A stretch of 64,000 nucleotides of DNA. Source: a virus. A program made the position numbers and the translations under genes. Numbering within the stretch: position 1 is the first letter of the stretch; the number at the start of each line of letters is the position of its first letter. This document shows positions 37,607 through 46,866 of this stretch, piece after piece. Under the pieces are notes generated by a model that had not been told where the DNA came from, did not search any database, and saw only the letters and a list, made by a program, of their open reading frames with translations. The stretch is taken from the IMG/VR virus record IMGVR_UViG_3300045988_054218; one strand, given 5' to 3'.

Positions 37607-39346
37607 TTAACTAATAAACATAAAATCAGCGAAGCGACCTTTCTTTCTCTTGCGCTTACTATCTTCTTCTTGCTTGATATAATATAGACCGTATTCAAAA
37701 GCTGAGAATTTATCCTTTGTAATAGATTTATTAGCTTGCTTCAAGATAATATTAACGCCTTCATTTTCCTCGCGCAAATTCAACATTTCATCTCGTAGAA
37801 TAGAAGTATAAGTGAAAGGTTGTAAATATGCCGCTCTCTCTTCTGGTTTCATTGCTTGACCCTTTTTAGTTCCTAACAACTTGTTCTTCGCAATTCTTTC
37901 GTCAATTAAGAATTTCACCTTGCCAGCCCGCATTTGCGTCTATGCATTACTGTGAGCTTCGGTGTTAATTGGCGCATTAGCTTTAATCTCATAAATAGCA
38001 TCATATTCTGTTCTATCAGTTCTATACTTCTTATACTCTCCATCATCATCATTCTATACGCTAAAATCAGGGAAGAAATCATCTGTCTCAGGGTCAACTT
38101 GAGACTTGACCATATAGTCCATTAGACCAGCGCCCAAACCATTACCGTCGATAACAACGGTCTTAGCCTTGAACTAATAATATAACTTTTTAATTTTAAT
38201 TGCCTAATCTTCGAAGTGCTCGTCGTCCATTGTAAACATATTAACCAATGATTTAATTGCAGGTCCCTAAGACTGTGGTGTAACTTTGAAAACACAAATT
38301 ACACTTTGACATTTTTTACGTCCAACGTCCACAGACAAAACATAATAAGCTCTATCAGAAGAACGACCAGAAGCTTCATATTCTGGTTGTTGTAATTTAC
38401 GATTACGGTCAAATACTTCTCCATTGAAGAACGCATCCTCAACTGTACCGCTCCAACGAGATTCATACTCTCGATCAAAAGAAGCCTCATTGAAGGTGCC
38501 ATCCTATTTTAGCTCTTGAACAAAGTTTTTACTTTGTAGACCAACTAATACAGGAATACGCCAAGTACCGCCCATAACAATCGCTTTCTCTGGATCAAGA
38601 ACCATACGAATCAAGAGCTGAATCAACTTATTGTACGGGAAAGTATTCTTCCAGCCTGCGGTGGTGACATAGATTTGACTCTTATTCAAAGTTTCTGCCT
38701 CTTGAACAGTACCATCCATACACTCACGATCAATGTTCATTAAAGGAATAAGAACTTCGTTCAAGATGGTGCCATCGACACCAACACATTCCTCAATTAG
38801 GCCTCCGTGACGACGCTTACCACGAGAACTCTCTCTTGCAGCAACGTTATCAAAGTAAGAACCATTCTTAAAGATATACTTACAATAGTCTTTACCTTCT
38901 TGAGTCTTACCTCTTCGCCAGTCAATTTCTCTTTCAAACGCAGGAATCTTCTAACAAATTTCCTAAACCTTTTCTTTGGCAATGCCAGCAGCCTGTTCCT
39001 TACCACCAGAAGTAACGAACAATTTACTTCTGGGATATAAAATACATCTACACATTAGTACCATGATAGATAAGAAAGACTTAGAATAAGCACGCGGGAA
39101 TACCATGTATACATATTTATAGCGCATAGCCGCCCGCAAGAACACTCTTTGATAGAAGAAGAAATTCAATTCCTTCTTACGAGTAAGATCTCCGCCAGTC
39201 TAGAGGAAATCTACGAAAATATCAGGATATTCTCTCCAAAAAGCAATGTATTGACGCGCAGCAGGAATGATTGCCCGCACGCGCTCTTCAGATAGGCCAA
39301 TCTTCTTATTTTTATTGGAGAGGTTTAATAAATCAGCTAATGCCAT
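37607..39346 (-). CDS. terL: Terminase large subunit (579 aa, TAG-recoded)
   Basis: ATG at 39346 follows GGAGGTGAAATAA. ORF-track pieces 38504-38764 and 37607-37933 are in the same frame. Has a deviant Walker A-like motif, FPRAYSKSF, and a C-terminal nuclease-like part. TAA at 37607. Confidence 0.85.
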
Positions 39347-40522
39347 TTATTTCACCTCCCGCATATATTCTTTATCCTTCTCAGCTTCCTATTGTTTCAT
39401 TTCTTCAAACTCTTCATAGTCAGCATCAGTTAATACTTTATCTTCTGGATAATCGTAAATCTCATTATCTTCTTCATCGCCGCCATCAACGTCAATCTTA
39501 GCTTCTCTTTCTTTATCTTGAGCAATAGCTCTAACAGATGCGTCAATCATGTTGCCAAGATTCATTTCTTCTGTAACAAGAGAGTAAGTATAGTGTTGAA
39601 GGTCTTGTAAAACTTTATCTACCTTATCCATCGGTCCATCGGTGTAATAACGAGGAATAAATCCTTCACGCTCGCAAATTGTAACTAATTCACCAATAGA
39701 ATCTACAAATTCACCAGATTCAGCTTTATTCTGCGCGGCTGTGAGCTTAGCGCTCTTCATCAAGCTATCATACATCTTGATCATCTTCTGCGCACCATCG
39801 ACATCGCCGCAGTCTAGAAGCTAGTTAGATTTCAATGAAGTCTTACAAATCATGATAAGAGTATCTTTCATACCCGCTCCTTGAATATCATATGAAGCCA
39901 TCATATCATTATATAATTGCTCCAATCGCACCCATTCCTCTGGGCGATATCCTCGACCCCACTTAAGTCTCAACATCACTTTATCTTCTTCGGTAAGTTC
40001 GTCTGAAAAATCATCATCAGCCTCTGAAGGATCGTAATATTCAGGAGTACCTACAGCCTCTTGTGGCTCAGTTAAAATTTTTGGCTTAGGCGGAGTTCTA
40101 TCCGTCGCAAGCTCAGTTTCAATTTCTTCGCCAGTCATACCTTGCGCTTTCATTTGATTAATCTTACGCATACGCTGCTCTTCTTCAAGCGCTTCGGTAT
40201 CTGCCCAAGAATACTAACTCCACTATTTAAGTTTCATTTTAGATAAGTAACGGCCAATAATAGTTAAGCCAGTTACTTTTTTAGGATCTTTACCATATTT
40301 CTCCAGTAAAGCATCCCATTCTTCTTTAATATAAGGCACATCAATTTCTTGTAAAATCCATTTATACGTTTCTGGGTCCCAGTTATCGACGTGCATGGTT
40401 AAACATTTCTTGCAAATATCCATCTTTCCATCTGGTGGATATTTCTCTACGTTCTTAGAAGTGTAGAATTCACTATCATTCATAGTCTTTCCGCACTTCT
40501 TGCAAAAATGCTGTCCAGCCAT
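39347..40522 (-). CDS. Putative terminase small subunit / packaging accessory protein with an N-terminal zinc ribbon (391 aa)
   Basis: ORF-track pieces 40223-40531, 39821-40171 and 39389-39784 share one frame and join across TAG. The stop TAA abuts the terL ATG. CKKCGK...CKKC motif. The functional call is positional. Confidence 0.5.
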
Positions 40523-40527
40523 ACGAA

Positions 40528-41580
40528 TCAACCTCTTTTCTTATTACGGCATTTCTTACAAATAGAATACCAATTATCTTTACTTGTCTTATTCTTTGAA
40601 AAGAAAAGATTGTTCGCTGGCTTAATCTGTCCACATTTAGAACATTTTTTCATTGGGTAACCACGTTTAGTGTACTCCCAAATTAAGAAATCTTCTTTAG
40701 CCTATTCTGCAATTACCTTTGGAATCTTATTGCGCCACAGACTAGAAATATATTCTACACTATAGGTTTGATGAAATTCTTCATCAAGTAATTTTTGAAT
40801 CTCGCTATTCGGTTTACCATCAATCTTCCACTCAACAATTCTATCATAGATAGGATAATCAGCAAGAGCCTTAGTACATAAATTATCAAAGTCTTGCATT
40901 AAATACCAAGTATCTCCCTCAAACTAATCCCAACTATCTTCCTTGAGTTTAGAATAATTACATAAAATAGCAGATACTACTTTAGTATCCATTAATGAAA
41001 TGCCATCTACAACGATTTCAGAACCATCTAAATAACTCTTATCATCAAGAGGTAATGATGTTCTAGCAGATCTCGTTAATCGACACGGGATAATTGGCTT
41101 CTAATAAGCCTATTTAATAATATATTGATCTTTCCGCATCTCAATTAACGCTTTCTTCATCATAAAAGCAGTCTTACCAGAGGCGTGCTTCGCTGCTGCT
41201 TCCCAAGCGTTTATAGTATCTCGCAGTTGTTTCAAACAGGGGATTGTCTCTAAATCTTTATCTGTAATCGAAATCTTTGGTTGAAAAATTACATTTTTAT
41301 TTTCATTAACTAAATTATAAATACCATCTTCGCCGTTCTCTAACTAACTAACAAGGCCCTCGAAAGAACATTCTCTCTTGTTTACCGTAGTCATACGGTT
41401 ATCTGTCAGTATATTGCGTTCTTTTCGCTCTTGCTTTTCCATGCAGAGAACAAGATAATTACCTAAAATTTCAAGATACGCGGGACTAATATCCGGCGTT
41501 TCCGCAATTATCTTTTCAACTAGCGCTTTACGCTCTTCTGGAGACTCTAGAGTATAATCTAATTTAATCACACTTGTCAT
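40528..41580 (-). CDS. First gene of the late operon: possible transcription regulator with a C-terminal zinc ribbon (350 aa)
   Basis: ORF-track pieces 41344-41580 and 40702-40899 are in one frame and join across TAG codons. Ends ...CSKCGQIKP...CKKCRNKKRG with TGA at 40528-40530. Confidence 0.55.
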
Positions 41581-41595
41581 CTCCTTTATGCTTAT

Positions 41596-41624
41596 ATAAT
41601 AACAAAAAAAAACTGGTGTGTCAA
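41596..41624 (-). promoter_or_regulatory. Promoter of the late/structural operon (TTGACA-17-TATTAT)
   Basis: The minus strand reads TTGACACACCAGTTTTTTTTTGTTATTAT, about 15 nt upstream of the SD of 40528-41580. Confidence 0.6.
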
Positions 41625-41630
41625 ATCTAT

Positions 41631-41659
41631 TTGACCAAATTAAATTATTTTGTTATAAT
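41631..41659 (+). promoter_or_regulatory. Divergent promoter (TTGACC-17-TATAAT) for the FolD/Pth2 cluster
   Basis: TTGACCAAATTAAATTATTTTGTTATAAT. Its -35 box lies 7 bp from the -35 box of the divergent late promoter. Confidence 0.6.
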
Positions 41660-41692
41660 AATAATAGAAAAATAATAAAGGAAGTATTTCTT

Positions 41693-42019
41693 ATGAACTT
41701 TTGCGACATTCCAGCTGAAGCGTTTCCTAAAGGCGCATAGTTCTATCATAATGTAACCGTAATAGTATTTTCTGTGGCTGAAGATATATGGGATGAAGAT
41801 TTTGACTCTATTTGGTATCTTGACTAGTTAACCGCACCAGAACCAAAAGCAATCCTATTCTTCAAAGAAGAAAGAGAGGTTATCAACGATACTGATGTAG
41901 ATGCTTTCTATGATTGCGATGATGAACAAGAGTGCGATTGGTTACTAGATTATTATGAGAATTGCATAGTCGAAGTAGATCCAGATGGAACGGTTTCATG
42001 GTATGAAGGAGAATTTTAA
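41693..42019 (+). CDS. Acidic hypothetical protein (108 aa, 2 TAG)
   Basis: Not in the ORF track. ATG at 41693 follows AAAGGAAG. Hand translation ends at TAA 42017-42019, overlapping the folD start (TAATG). Confidence 0.6.
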
Positions 42020-42804
42020 TGAACCAAATTAACATAAAAGAATATTTTAAAACAGAGAAGGAGAAATTGCGGCTGGCCGTTATTGAGCATGATTATGAGC
42101 CTCCTTCTCTCACGATTGTAGATGCCACAGACGGCGACGTCGGCAATCAGATTTATATTAAAAAGAAGATTGAAGATTTCGAATCTGTGGGTTGGCCTGT
42201 AAAGGTTGTTAGGCCGAAAGACAAGTTTGATTTACATTATCTATTAAGCTATGGTCTTGAGACAGATTGTGTAATTGTTCAAATGCCAACGGCAGAAAGA
42301 TTTGATTTCGACATTGAAGATATTCCATCGTACTTTGATTGTGATGGCTTGACTAAGAACGCTCTTGTTCTTCCCGCCACTGTTCGAGGTATTATTGATT
42401 ATCTTGATGATTGTGGTTTTGATTATACAGGTAAAACTGCTGTTGTTCTTGGCAGAAGCGATATTGTCGGTAAGCCTATGGCAAAGGCTTTGCTAGATAG
42501 AGATATGACTGTTTCCGTTTGTCACAGTAAAACGAACTATGGAGATAAAGAATATCTTCTTCATAACGCAGATCTAGTAATCTGTGCTACTGGACAGCCG
42601 CAGTCTATTCATAGAGAACAGTGCGAATCTGCTATTGTTGTCGATGTCGGGATTAGCCGACTCAATGGCAAAATCGTTGGAGACTTCGTAGAGGACGAAA
42701 ATAATATTGTCGGAGAAGCTTGGTCTACTCCAGTCCCCGGCGGTGTGGGTCTATTGACAAGATTGGGGTTGATGAAAAATTGTCTAGATCTCAAGGTATT
42801 GTAA
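42019..42804 (+). CDS. folD: Methylenetetrahydrofolate dehydrogenase/cyclohydrolase (FolD-like)
   Basis: 261 aa with ...TAVVLGRSDIVGKPMAKALL...VSVCHSKT...ADLVICATGQP...VVDVGISRL..KIVGDF...STPVPGGVGLLT..., which matches the FolD signature blocks. Confidence 0.85.
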   Translation: MNQINIKEYFKTEKEKLRLAVIEHDYEPPSLTIVDATDGDVGNQIYIKKKIEDFESVGWPVKVVRPKDKFDLHYLLSYGLETDCVIVQMPTAERFDFDIEDIPSYFDCDGLTKNALVLPATVRGIIDYLDDCGFDYTGKTAVVLGRSDIVGKPMAKALLDRDMTVSVCHSKTNYGDKEYLLHNADLVICATGQPQSIHREQCESAIVVDVGISRLNGKIVGDFVEDENNIVGEAWSTPVPGGVGLLTRLGLMKNCLDLKVL

Positions 42805-42863
42805 TTGGTAATATAGGAGTAACTATTTTAGACCTAGAAACAGAATTTGAACGAGCAAAAATT

Positions 42864-43103
42864 ATGAGATATCCTCTTGGTGATTGGTTGCATAATAAAA
42901 TTTCTCGTCAAGAGTATAAAGAAAAAATGGCTATTTATCGAGATAAACAATCTCAATATGTAGCCAAAAGGCTCTTTGAAATCTATGGATTTGAAATCGC
43001 TCAAAAGTATAAACCAAATTATGTGCAAGATTTTATTCCCTGCATGGGAGCAGATGGGCAATGTAATCTATATTGCAAGAAGTTTGGAAAGTGCCAAGAA
43101 TAA
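42864..43103 (+). CDS. Small Cys-containing hypothetical protein (79 aa; start uncertain)
   Basis: Part of ORF-track 42720-43103. First ATG at 42864. A TAGGAG SD lies further upstream, so a non-ATG start near 42825 is possible. Confidence 0.5.
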   Translation: MRYPLGDWLHNKISRQEYKEKMAIYRDKQSQYVAKRLFEIYGFEIAQKYKPNYVQDFIPCMGADGQCNLYCKKFGKCQE

Positions 43104-43191
43104 AAGTTTACACACTATATTTGAAAAATAGGGCAGAACCAATATCCAGTTCTGCCCAACATCATTTCATTTTAAGGAGGCCGCAATAAAA

Positions 43192-43623
43192 ATGGAAAAG
43201 CATTTCAAGCAGTTGATTATCGCAAGACGTGATTTGAATATGTCACCTGGCAAGTTAGCGGCGCAAGTATCTCATGCATCTTCTGCTTTTCTCATTGAGA
43301 TGATTAGAGATTCTTGGCCGGAAAAAGTACAAGACTTTTATCAAGTAAATTATAGACTAGATAAAGATGTTTATGATAATTGGATTAACGACGGAGTGGC
43401 CAAGGTAGTATGTGGCGCCCGCAATAAAGGAAAATTAGAAAAGGCCATTGAGAAGGCTAAAGAATTAGGCATGATTGAAGGTGTTGATTACTTTCCTATT
43501 GTTGATGCTTGCAGAACTGAGTTAACTCCAGAGTCCCCGCAGGGGACTTTGACGTGTGTAGGATTTAGACCTATGGAGGCAGAGAAGATTGATGAAATTG
43601 GGAAAGATTTTCATTTGTATTAA
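43192..43623 (+). CDS. pth2: Peptidyl-tRNA hydrolase, Pth2 (archaeal/eukaryotic type) family
   Basis: 143 aa following TAAGGAGG. KQLIIARRDLNMSPGKLAAQVSHAS...VDACRTELTPES..GTLTCVGFRP...IDEIGKDFHLY matches the Pth2 pattern (K.v..vR.DL.M..GK.aAQ..HA ... DAG.TE......T..g.gP). Confidence 0.8.
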   Translation: MEKHFKQLIIARRDLNMSPGKLAAQVSHASSAFLIEMIRDSWPEKVQDFYQVNYRLDKDVYDNWINDGVAKVVCGARNKGKLEKAIEKAKELGMIEGVDYFPIVDACRTELTPESPQGTLTCVGFRPMEAEKIDEIGKDFHLY

Positions 43624-43834
43624 CATCTTAGTTTTTTCTCTTTTGATGTTAACTGGATGCACGGAGAAATGGCCTAGAATTATTTATCAAAATACTAGTT
43701 ACAGATTTGACGAATATAATCGTACTATTGTTTTAGATGATGGATATGTATTGAATGGCGGTCATAGCTATGATATTGTGGAAACCGAGGATGGTTATGA
43801 CCTTATTCTTCATTTTGTGGAGGAACAGCCATGA
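43592..43834 (+). CDS. Small secreted lipoprotein (80 aa)
   Basis: Signal peptide MKLGKIFICINILVFSLLMLTGC with lipobox LTGC. Overlaps the end of pth2. Confidence 0.7.
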   Translation: MKLGKIFICINILVFSLLMLTGCTEKWPRIIYQNTSYRFDEYNRTIVLDDGYVLNGGHSYDIVETEDGYDLILHFVEEQP

Positions 43835-44055
43835 AAAGAATTATTAAAAATAACTATTAGCCAAATAGTGTGCGTGTGATTTGCCCTATTTGCAAGAGTG
43901 TATTTGAATTTAACCAGGAGTTTGACTTAGAGGCAGAAGAATTTTCGGTATATAGGAATGGAGAGGTTTATATCGAACGATAGATTAGCTGCCCATGTTG
44001 CACGAAGATGCTTAGGATAGAGGGTACGTATCCTTATCATATAAGAAAACCGTAA
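43831..44055 (+). CDS. Zinc-ribbon protein (74 aa, 2 TAG)
   Basis: Not in the ORF track. ATG at 43831 follows GGAGGAAC (ATGA overlap). CPIC...CPCC motif. TAA at 44053-44055. Confidence 0.6.
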
Positions 44056-44331
44056 TCTGAAATCAAAAATGGTTTTCGAGATTTTTATGGCGTGGGAGAA
44101 CGAGTTTGTGAAAATTTTCACGCTTTTTCCCGAAATACACGCCCCCGTACTGTCGCACTTCATCACGCTAAAGCACTACAGTTAAACAGCTACCCCTACT
44201 TTAGTTAGCTAAAGCGTCTGTCGCTATTATTATGTATCGCGCGCGCGTAAAGAGGAATTGGTCAATCTGCACAACAGGATCGGCACTCACTTGTGCAAAT
44301 TGACGAAACGCAGAAAATTGCAAAAAAGTTG

Positions 44332-44360
44332 TTGACAAGCAAGCAAGGCTATGCTATCAT
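44332..44360 (+). promoter_or_regulatory. Early promoter, first of a tandem pair (TTGACA-17-TATCAT)
   Basis: Exact 17-bp spacer. Followed by a short leader containing the hairpin GGCAAG..CTTGCC and an A-rich tract. Confidence 0.55.
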
Positions 44361-44421
44361 GCAATCACAGGCAAGGGAAAACAGCTTGCCAAACACACCG
44401 AAAAAAAATAAAAAAAAAGTC

Positions 44422-44450
44422 TTGACAAGCAAGGCAAGGTGTGGTAAACT
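44422..44450 (+). promoter_or_regulatory. Early promoter, second of a tandem pair (TTGACA-17-TAAACT)
   Basis: Exact 17-bp spacer with an A-tract UP-like region upstream. Lies 60 nt upstream of the ATG at 44510. Confidence 0.5.
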
Positions 44451-44509
44451 AAAGACAATCCAAGAGGGAACACAAAAACAGTCAATCAAAAGAAAGTGAG
44501 TGTATCAAA

Positions 44510-44785
44510 ATGACAAAAGTAGAAATGGCTCGTACTCTCCAGCGTATCCGTAAAGTGCAGAACGACATGGACGCCCTCAAGCGTGAGTTGGACGAACTCA
44601 AAGACACCGTAAAGGCGGAGATGGTAGCGACTGGCGAACACAAGGTAGAGGCTGGCGGCTGTATCGCCACCTATCAGGAAGTCACCAGCAACCGCTTTAA
44701 TAGCTCTGCGCTAAAGGCAGAGGACAAGGCTACCTATGACAAGTATGTGGTAGCCAGCACCACCGCAAGACTGACCGTAAAGTAA
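44510..44785 (+). CDS. Hypothetical early protein (91 aa)
   Basis: Complete ORF-track ORF, TAA stop, GC-richer class. Confidence 0.7.
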   Translation: MTKVEMARTLQRIRKVQNDMDALKRELDELKDTVKAEMVATGEHKVEAGGCIATYQEVTSNRFNSSALKAEDKATYDKYVVASTTARLTVK

Positions 44786-44856
44786 CAACAACCACCATAG
44801 GACTGCCTGTATAGGCAGGCAGTCCTAACCTTAGAACAAAAGAAAGAGGTATTATT

Positions 44857-45288
44857 ATGGAGTTCATCAAGTATTTCACTAACCCGCAGTTCGATAACGC
44901 CAAGTTCGCAGATATGCTGCGCCTGAAAATGAATGTACGTGCCAAGGCAGTAGAGGATGGTGTCATCCTTGACCGTGATGCTTTTAACGCTATGAGTGCC
45001 GCTCTCATGCCTAACTGGGCATGGCTGAATAAGCAAAGCATCAATAGTCCTCTGCATACCAGACCCGCAGACCTGACGGAGTGGCCAGAGCTGACCCACG
45101 CCTATCGTTACTTGCTTGCCATAGTGTTCGATGACAAGGACGCTTGCCAGCTTGAACGGGCAGACGGGCTTGAGTACATCAGCAAACAGGCAGATATGGT
45201 GGCTGACTACTGGCGTAAAGAGGACGGCTTCTATGGTGTGGCTGTCATTGATAACGACACTGGCGAAATCATGCACATGGCAGAATAA
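44857..45288 (+). CDS. Hypothetical early protein (143 aa)
   Basis: Complete ORF following AAAGAGG, TAA stop. Confidence 0.7.
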   Translation: MEFIKYFTNPQFDNAKFADMLRLKMNVRAKAVEDGVILDRDAFNAMSAALMPNWAWLNKQSINSPLHTRPADLTEWPELTHAYRYLLAIVFDDKDACQLERADGLEYISKQADMVADYWRKEDGFYGVAVIDNDTGEIMHMAE

Positions 45289-45354
45289 GACATAACGGGC
45301 GCTCTGCGAGAGCGTGGAGCGCCCAACCCACGAACAAAAGAAGGGAGTATTATT

Positions 45355-45501
45355 ATGACTTATAACGAATTTCTGAGCCGCTTCTGCGGTTGCCACGAGG
45401 ATGAAGTCGGCAATCGACCCTGTGATAACGGCTGTATGTGCGACAAGTGCATGACGCCGGAACTTGAGAAACTGTGGAAAGAGGTGCGGGATAATGCGTA
45501 A
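45355..45501 (+). CDS. Small Cys-rich protein (48 aa)
   Basis: ATG follows AAGGGAG. MTYNEFLSRFCGCHEDEVGNRPCDNGCMCDKCM.... TAA at 45499-45501. Below the ORF-track size cutoff. Confidence 0.5.
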   Translation: MTYNEFLSRFCGCHEDEVGNRPCDNGCMCDKCMTPELEKLWKEVRDNA

Positions 45502-45913
45502 AGTAGCAAAGGTGACGCTGTACAGCGTATGTCTGGCAGTCCTGTTGTGGTTTTTCCTCTCATGGCTTGACATAGTATGGGATAACTGTGAACCCAATCC
45601 GCACAACAGCCCATATAATGTCTTTGTCCTTATGACGCAACAAGAGGAAAAGACAGAAGAGCCTACCGCAATAGAGGGAACTTGCGGAAGCCCGCTTACC
45701 GATCAGACAAGGCTGGCAACCGCAGTCATAACCAACATTGACGGTAACACGCTTACTCTTGTTACGCTTGAGGATGGCGAGGAATGGACAGTCGAAGTCG
45801 GATATGGCGAGAACTTCTCAACAGATGACTACCTGTGCGTATTCTTCGATAACATGGGAACTGACTCAATCTATGATGACGAGGTCGCCAAACTCTGGAA
45901 AGAGGTCTGGTAA
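45494..45913 (+). CDS. Membrane-anchored early protein (139 aa)
   Basis: Part of ORF-track 45464-45913; ATG at 45494. N-terminal TM helix VTLYSVCLAVLLWFFLSWL. Confidence 0.65.
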   Translation: MRKVAKVTLYSVCLAVLLWFFLSWLDIVWDNCEPNPHNSPYNVFVLMTQQEEKTEEPTAIEGTCGSPLTDQTRLATAVITNIDGNTLTLVTLEDGEEWTVEVGYGENFSTDDYLCVFFDNMGTDSIYDDEVAKLWKEVW

Positions 45914-45914
45914 A

Positions 45915-45945
45915 TATAGGGTGGAGAAATCCACCCTATATTTTT
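45915..45945 (+). terminator. Rho-independent terminator
   Basis: TATAGGGTGG-AGAAAT-CCACCCTATA followed by TTTTT. Closely related to the terminator at 51141-51171. Confidence 0.75.
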
Positions 45946-45972
45946 GTGCATTTTTCATAAAGACATTTTCGC

Positions 45973-46006
45973 CGGCGCGCTGGCGACCGCGGCGCGCCGA
46001 GTTTTG
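45973..46006 (+). terminator. GC-rich hairpin followed by AGTTTT (member 1 of a covarying family)
   Basis: CGGCGCGC-11 nt-GCGCGCCG followed by AGTTTTG. Confidence 0.55.
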
Positions 46007-46008
46007 CG

Positions 46009-46087
46009 TTTGTGCAAGTTGCACAAATTTGGAAGTGAAATTTTGGTATAGGCAAGTTGCACAATCAATCCCGAAATCTTTGTGCAA
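46009..46087 (+). promoter_or_regulatory. Operator-like box cluster (TTGTGCAA / TTGCACAA) upstream of the promoter at 46096
   Basis: Palindrome TTTGTGCAA-G-TTGCACAAA at 46009-46027, TTGCACAA at 46057-46064, TCCCGAAA at 46069-46076, TTGTGCAA at 46080-46087. Confidence 0.5.
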
Positions 46088-46095
46088 TTTGACAG

Positions 46096-46124
46096 TTGAC
46101 AATCCCTTGTGCCTGTGGTACAAT
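46096..46124 (+). promoter_or_regulatory. Early promoter (TTGACA-17-TACAAT, TGn extended -10)
   Basis: TTGACAATCCCTTGTGCCTGTGGTACAAT. Confidence 0.6.
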
Positions 46125-46155
46125 GGTATCATCAAAAGAAAGGAAGTGCTCCAAC

Positions 46156-46386
46156 ATGGCTAATCGCATTGGATTTACTGACACCCTCACTGGCAAGGAA
46201 ACTGTTTGCGGGACTTGGGCAAAAACGACTCTCGCAGTTATTCAGCTTTCCGTTTCACATAACGACTGGGCAAGATTTCTTCCATTCTGTAATGGCTGGA
46301 ATCTTGACTACCCGCAGAAAGATGAATGTCCGATTGAGTATCGGGCAAGAATGATTGATATGGCTATCGGTCTCCAACTCATTTGA
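46156..46386 (+). CDS. Hypothetical early protein (76 aa)
   Basis: ATG follows AAAGGAAG. Part of ORF-track 46096-46386. TGA stop lies inside a hairpin. Confidence 0.6.
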   Translation: MANRIGFTDTLTGKETVCGTWAKTTLAVIQLSVSHNDWARFLPFCNGWNLDYPQKDECPIEYRARMIDMAIGLQLI

Positions 46387-46417
46387 GTTGGAGACCCCAG
46401 AGAAAGGATTTGAAATT

Positions 46418-46612
46418 ATGTTACCGAGAAGACATTGCGCATACGACATTACCACCGGCGAAATCCTCTGCTGTGACCGCGGAAATCATCTCAAGCGTTC
46501 GGTTGCCCTGACCAAGAAAGTCAATAAGGAAATGTTTGGAGTCGCCGGACAGTGGCGGTTCTGCCACGACTTCGGCAAGAAGTGGATTGAGAAAGGAGCG
46601 CCTACCAGATGA
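46418..46612 (+). CDS. Small Cys/His-rich protein (64 aa)
   Basis: ATG follows AGAAAGGATTTGAAATT. Part of ORF-track 46355-46612. Confidence 0.6.
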   Translation: MLPRRHCAYDITTGEILCCDRGNHLKRSVALTKKVNKEMFGVAGQWRFCHDFGKKWIEKGAPTR

Positions 46613-46776
46613 AGAACTACCTGTTCTATGATGAAGAAACCGGCGAGTATTTCTTCGTTCAAGAAGTCAACCTGTGGAAAGCTAATCAGACAGCGCATCT
46701 CTTCTTTCAGCGTCCCTTTTACAAGTGTTCCATGAGCGACGCAGAGGCTGAAATGTACGGATACGATACCTACTAA
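46609..46776 (+). CDS. Small hypothetical protein (55 aa)
   Basis: ATGA overlap with the previous gene. SD GAAAGGAG. TAA at 46774-46776, followed by a terminator. Confidence 0.55.
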   Translation: MKNYLFYDEETGEYFFVQEVNLWKANQTAHLFFQRPFYKCSMSDAEAEMYGYDTY

Positions 46777-46777
46777 G

Positions 46778-46812
46778 AGAAAGCCGGTGATGAACCGGCT
46801 TTCTTTACTTTT
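46778..46812 (+). terminator. Rho-independent terminator
   Basis: AGAAAGCCGGT-GATGA-ACCGGCTTTCT followed by a T-rich tail. Confidence 0.75.
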
Positions 46813-46866
46813 GGTAAAATTTTTGATATAATAATTACAGAAGAAATGAGAAAGGAGAATTTTCTA

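Noticed and set aside
4284-40530. TGA (code 4) or TAA reassignment as an alternative.
   Set aside because: TGA and TAA occur exactly at gene ends, followed by or overlapping the next SD and ATG (for example 4284, 11936, 29565, 30116 and 40528). I did not meet either inside the hand-translated stretches.
3482-41580. Reading the fragmented minus-strand ORFs as pseudogenes, a degraded prophage or a poor assembly.
   Set aside because: All interruptions are TAG, fragments of each gene stay in one frame over up to 8.7 kb, and true gene ends use TAA or TGA with a coupled SD and start. Random decay or indel errors would shift frames and use all three stop codons.
45297-45324. Hairpins GGGCGCTC...GAGCGCCC (45297-45324) and GGGGAGAGGGG...CCCTCTCCCC (54005-54030) as terminators.
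   Set aside because: The stems are good but no U-tract follows. They may be RNA stability or processing elements, so I did not list them as terminators.
44734-45606. Long minus-strand ORFs in the GC-richer early region (44734-45606, 51411-52286, 52645-53400, 53571-54098, 53965-54507).
   Set aside because: They are antisense to well-supported + strand genes that have promoters, SDs and terminators. They lack SDs, and they run through + strand terminators and promoters.
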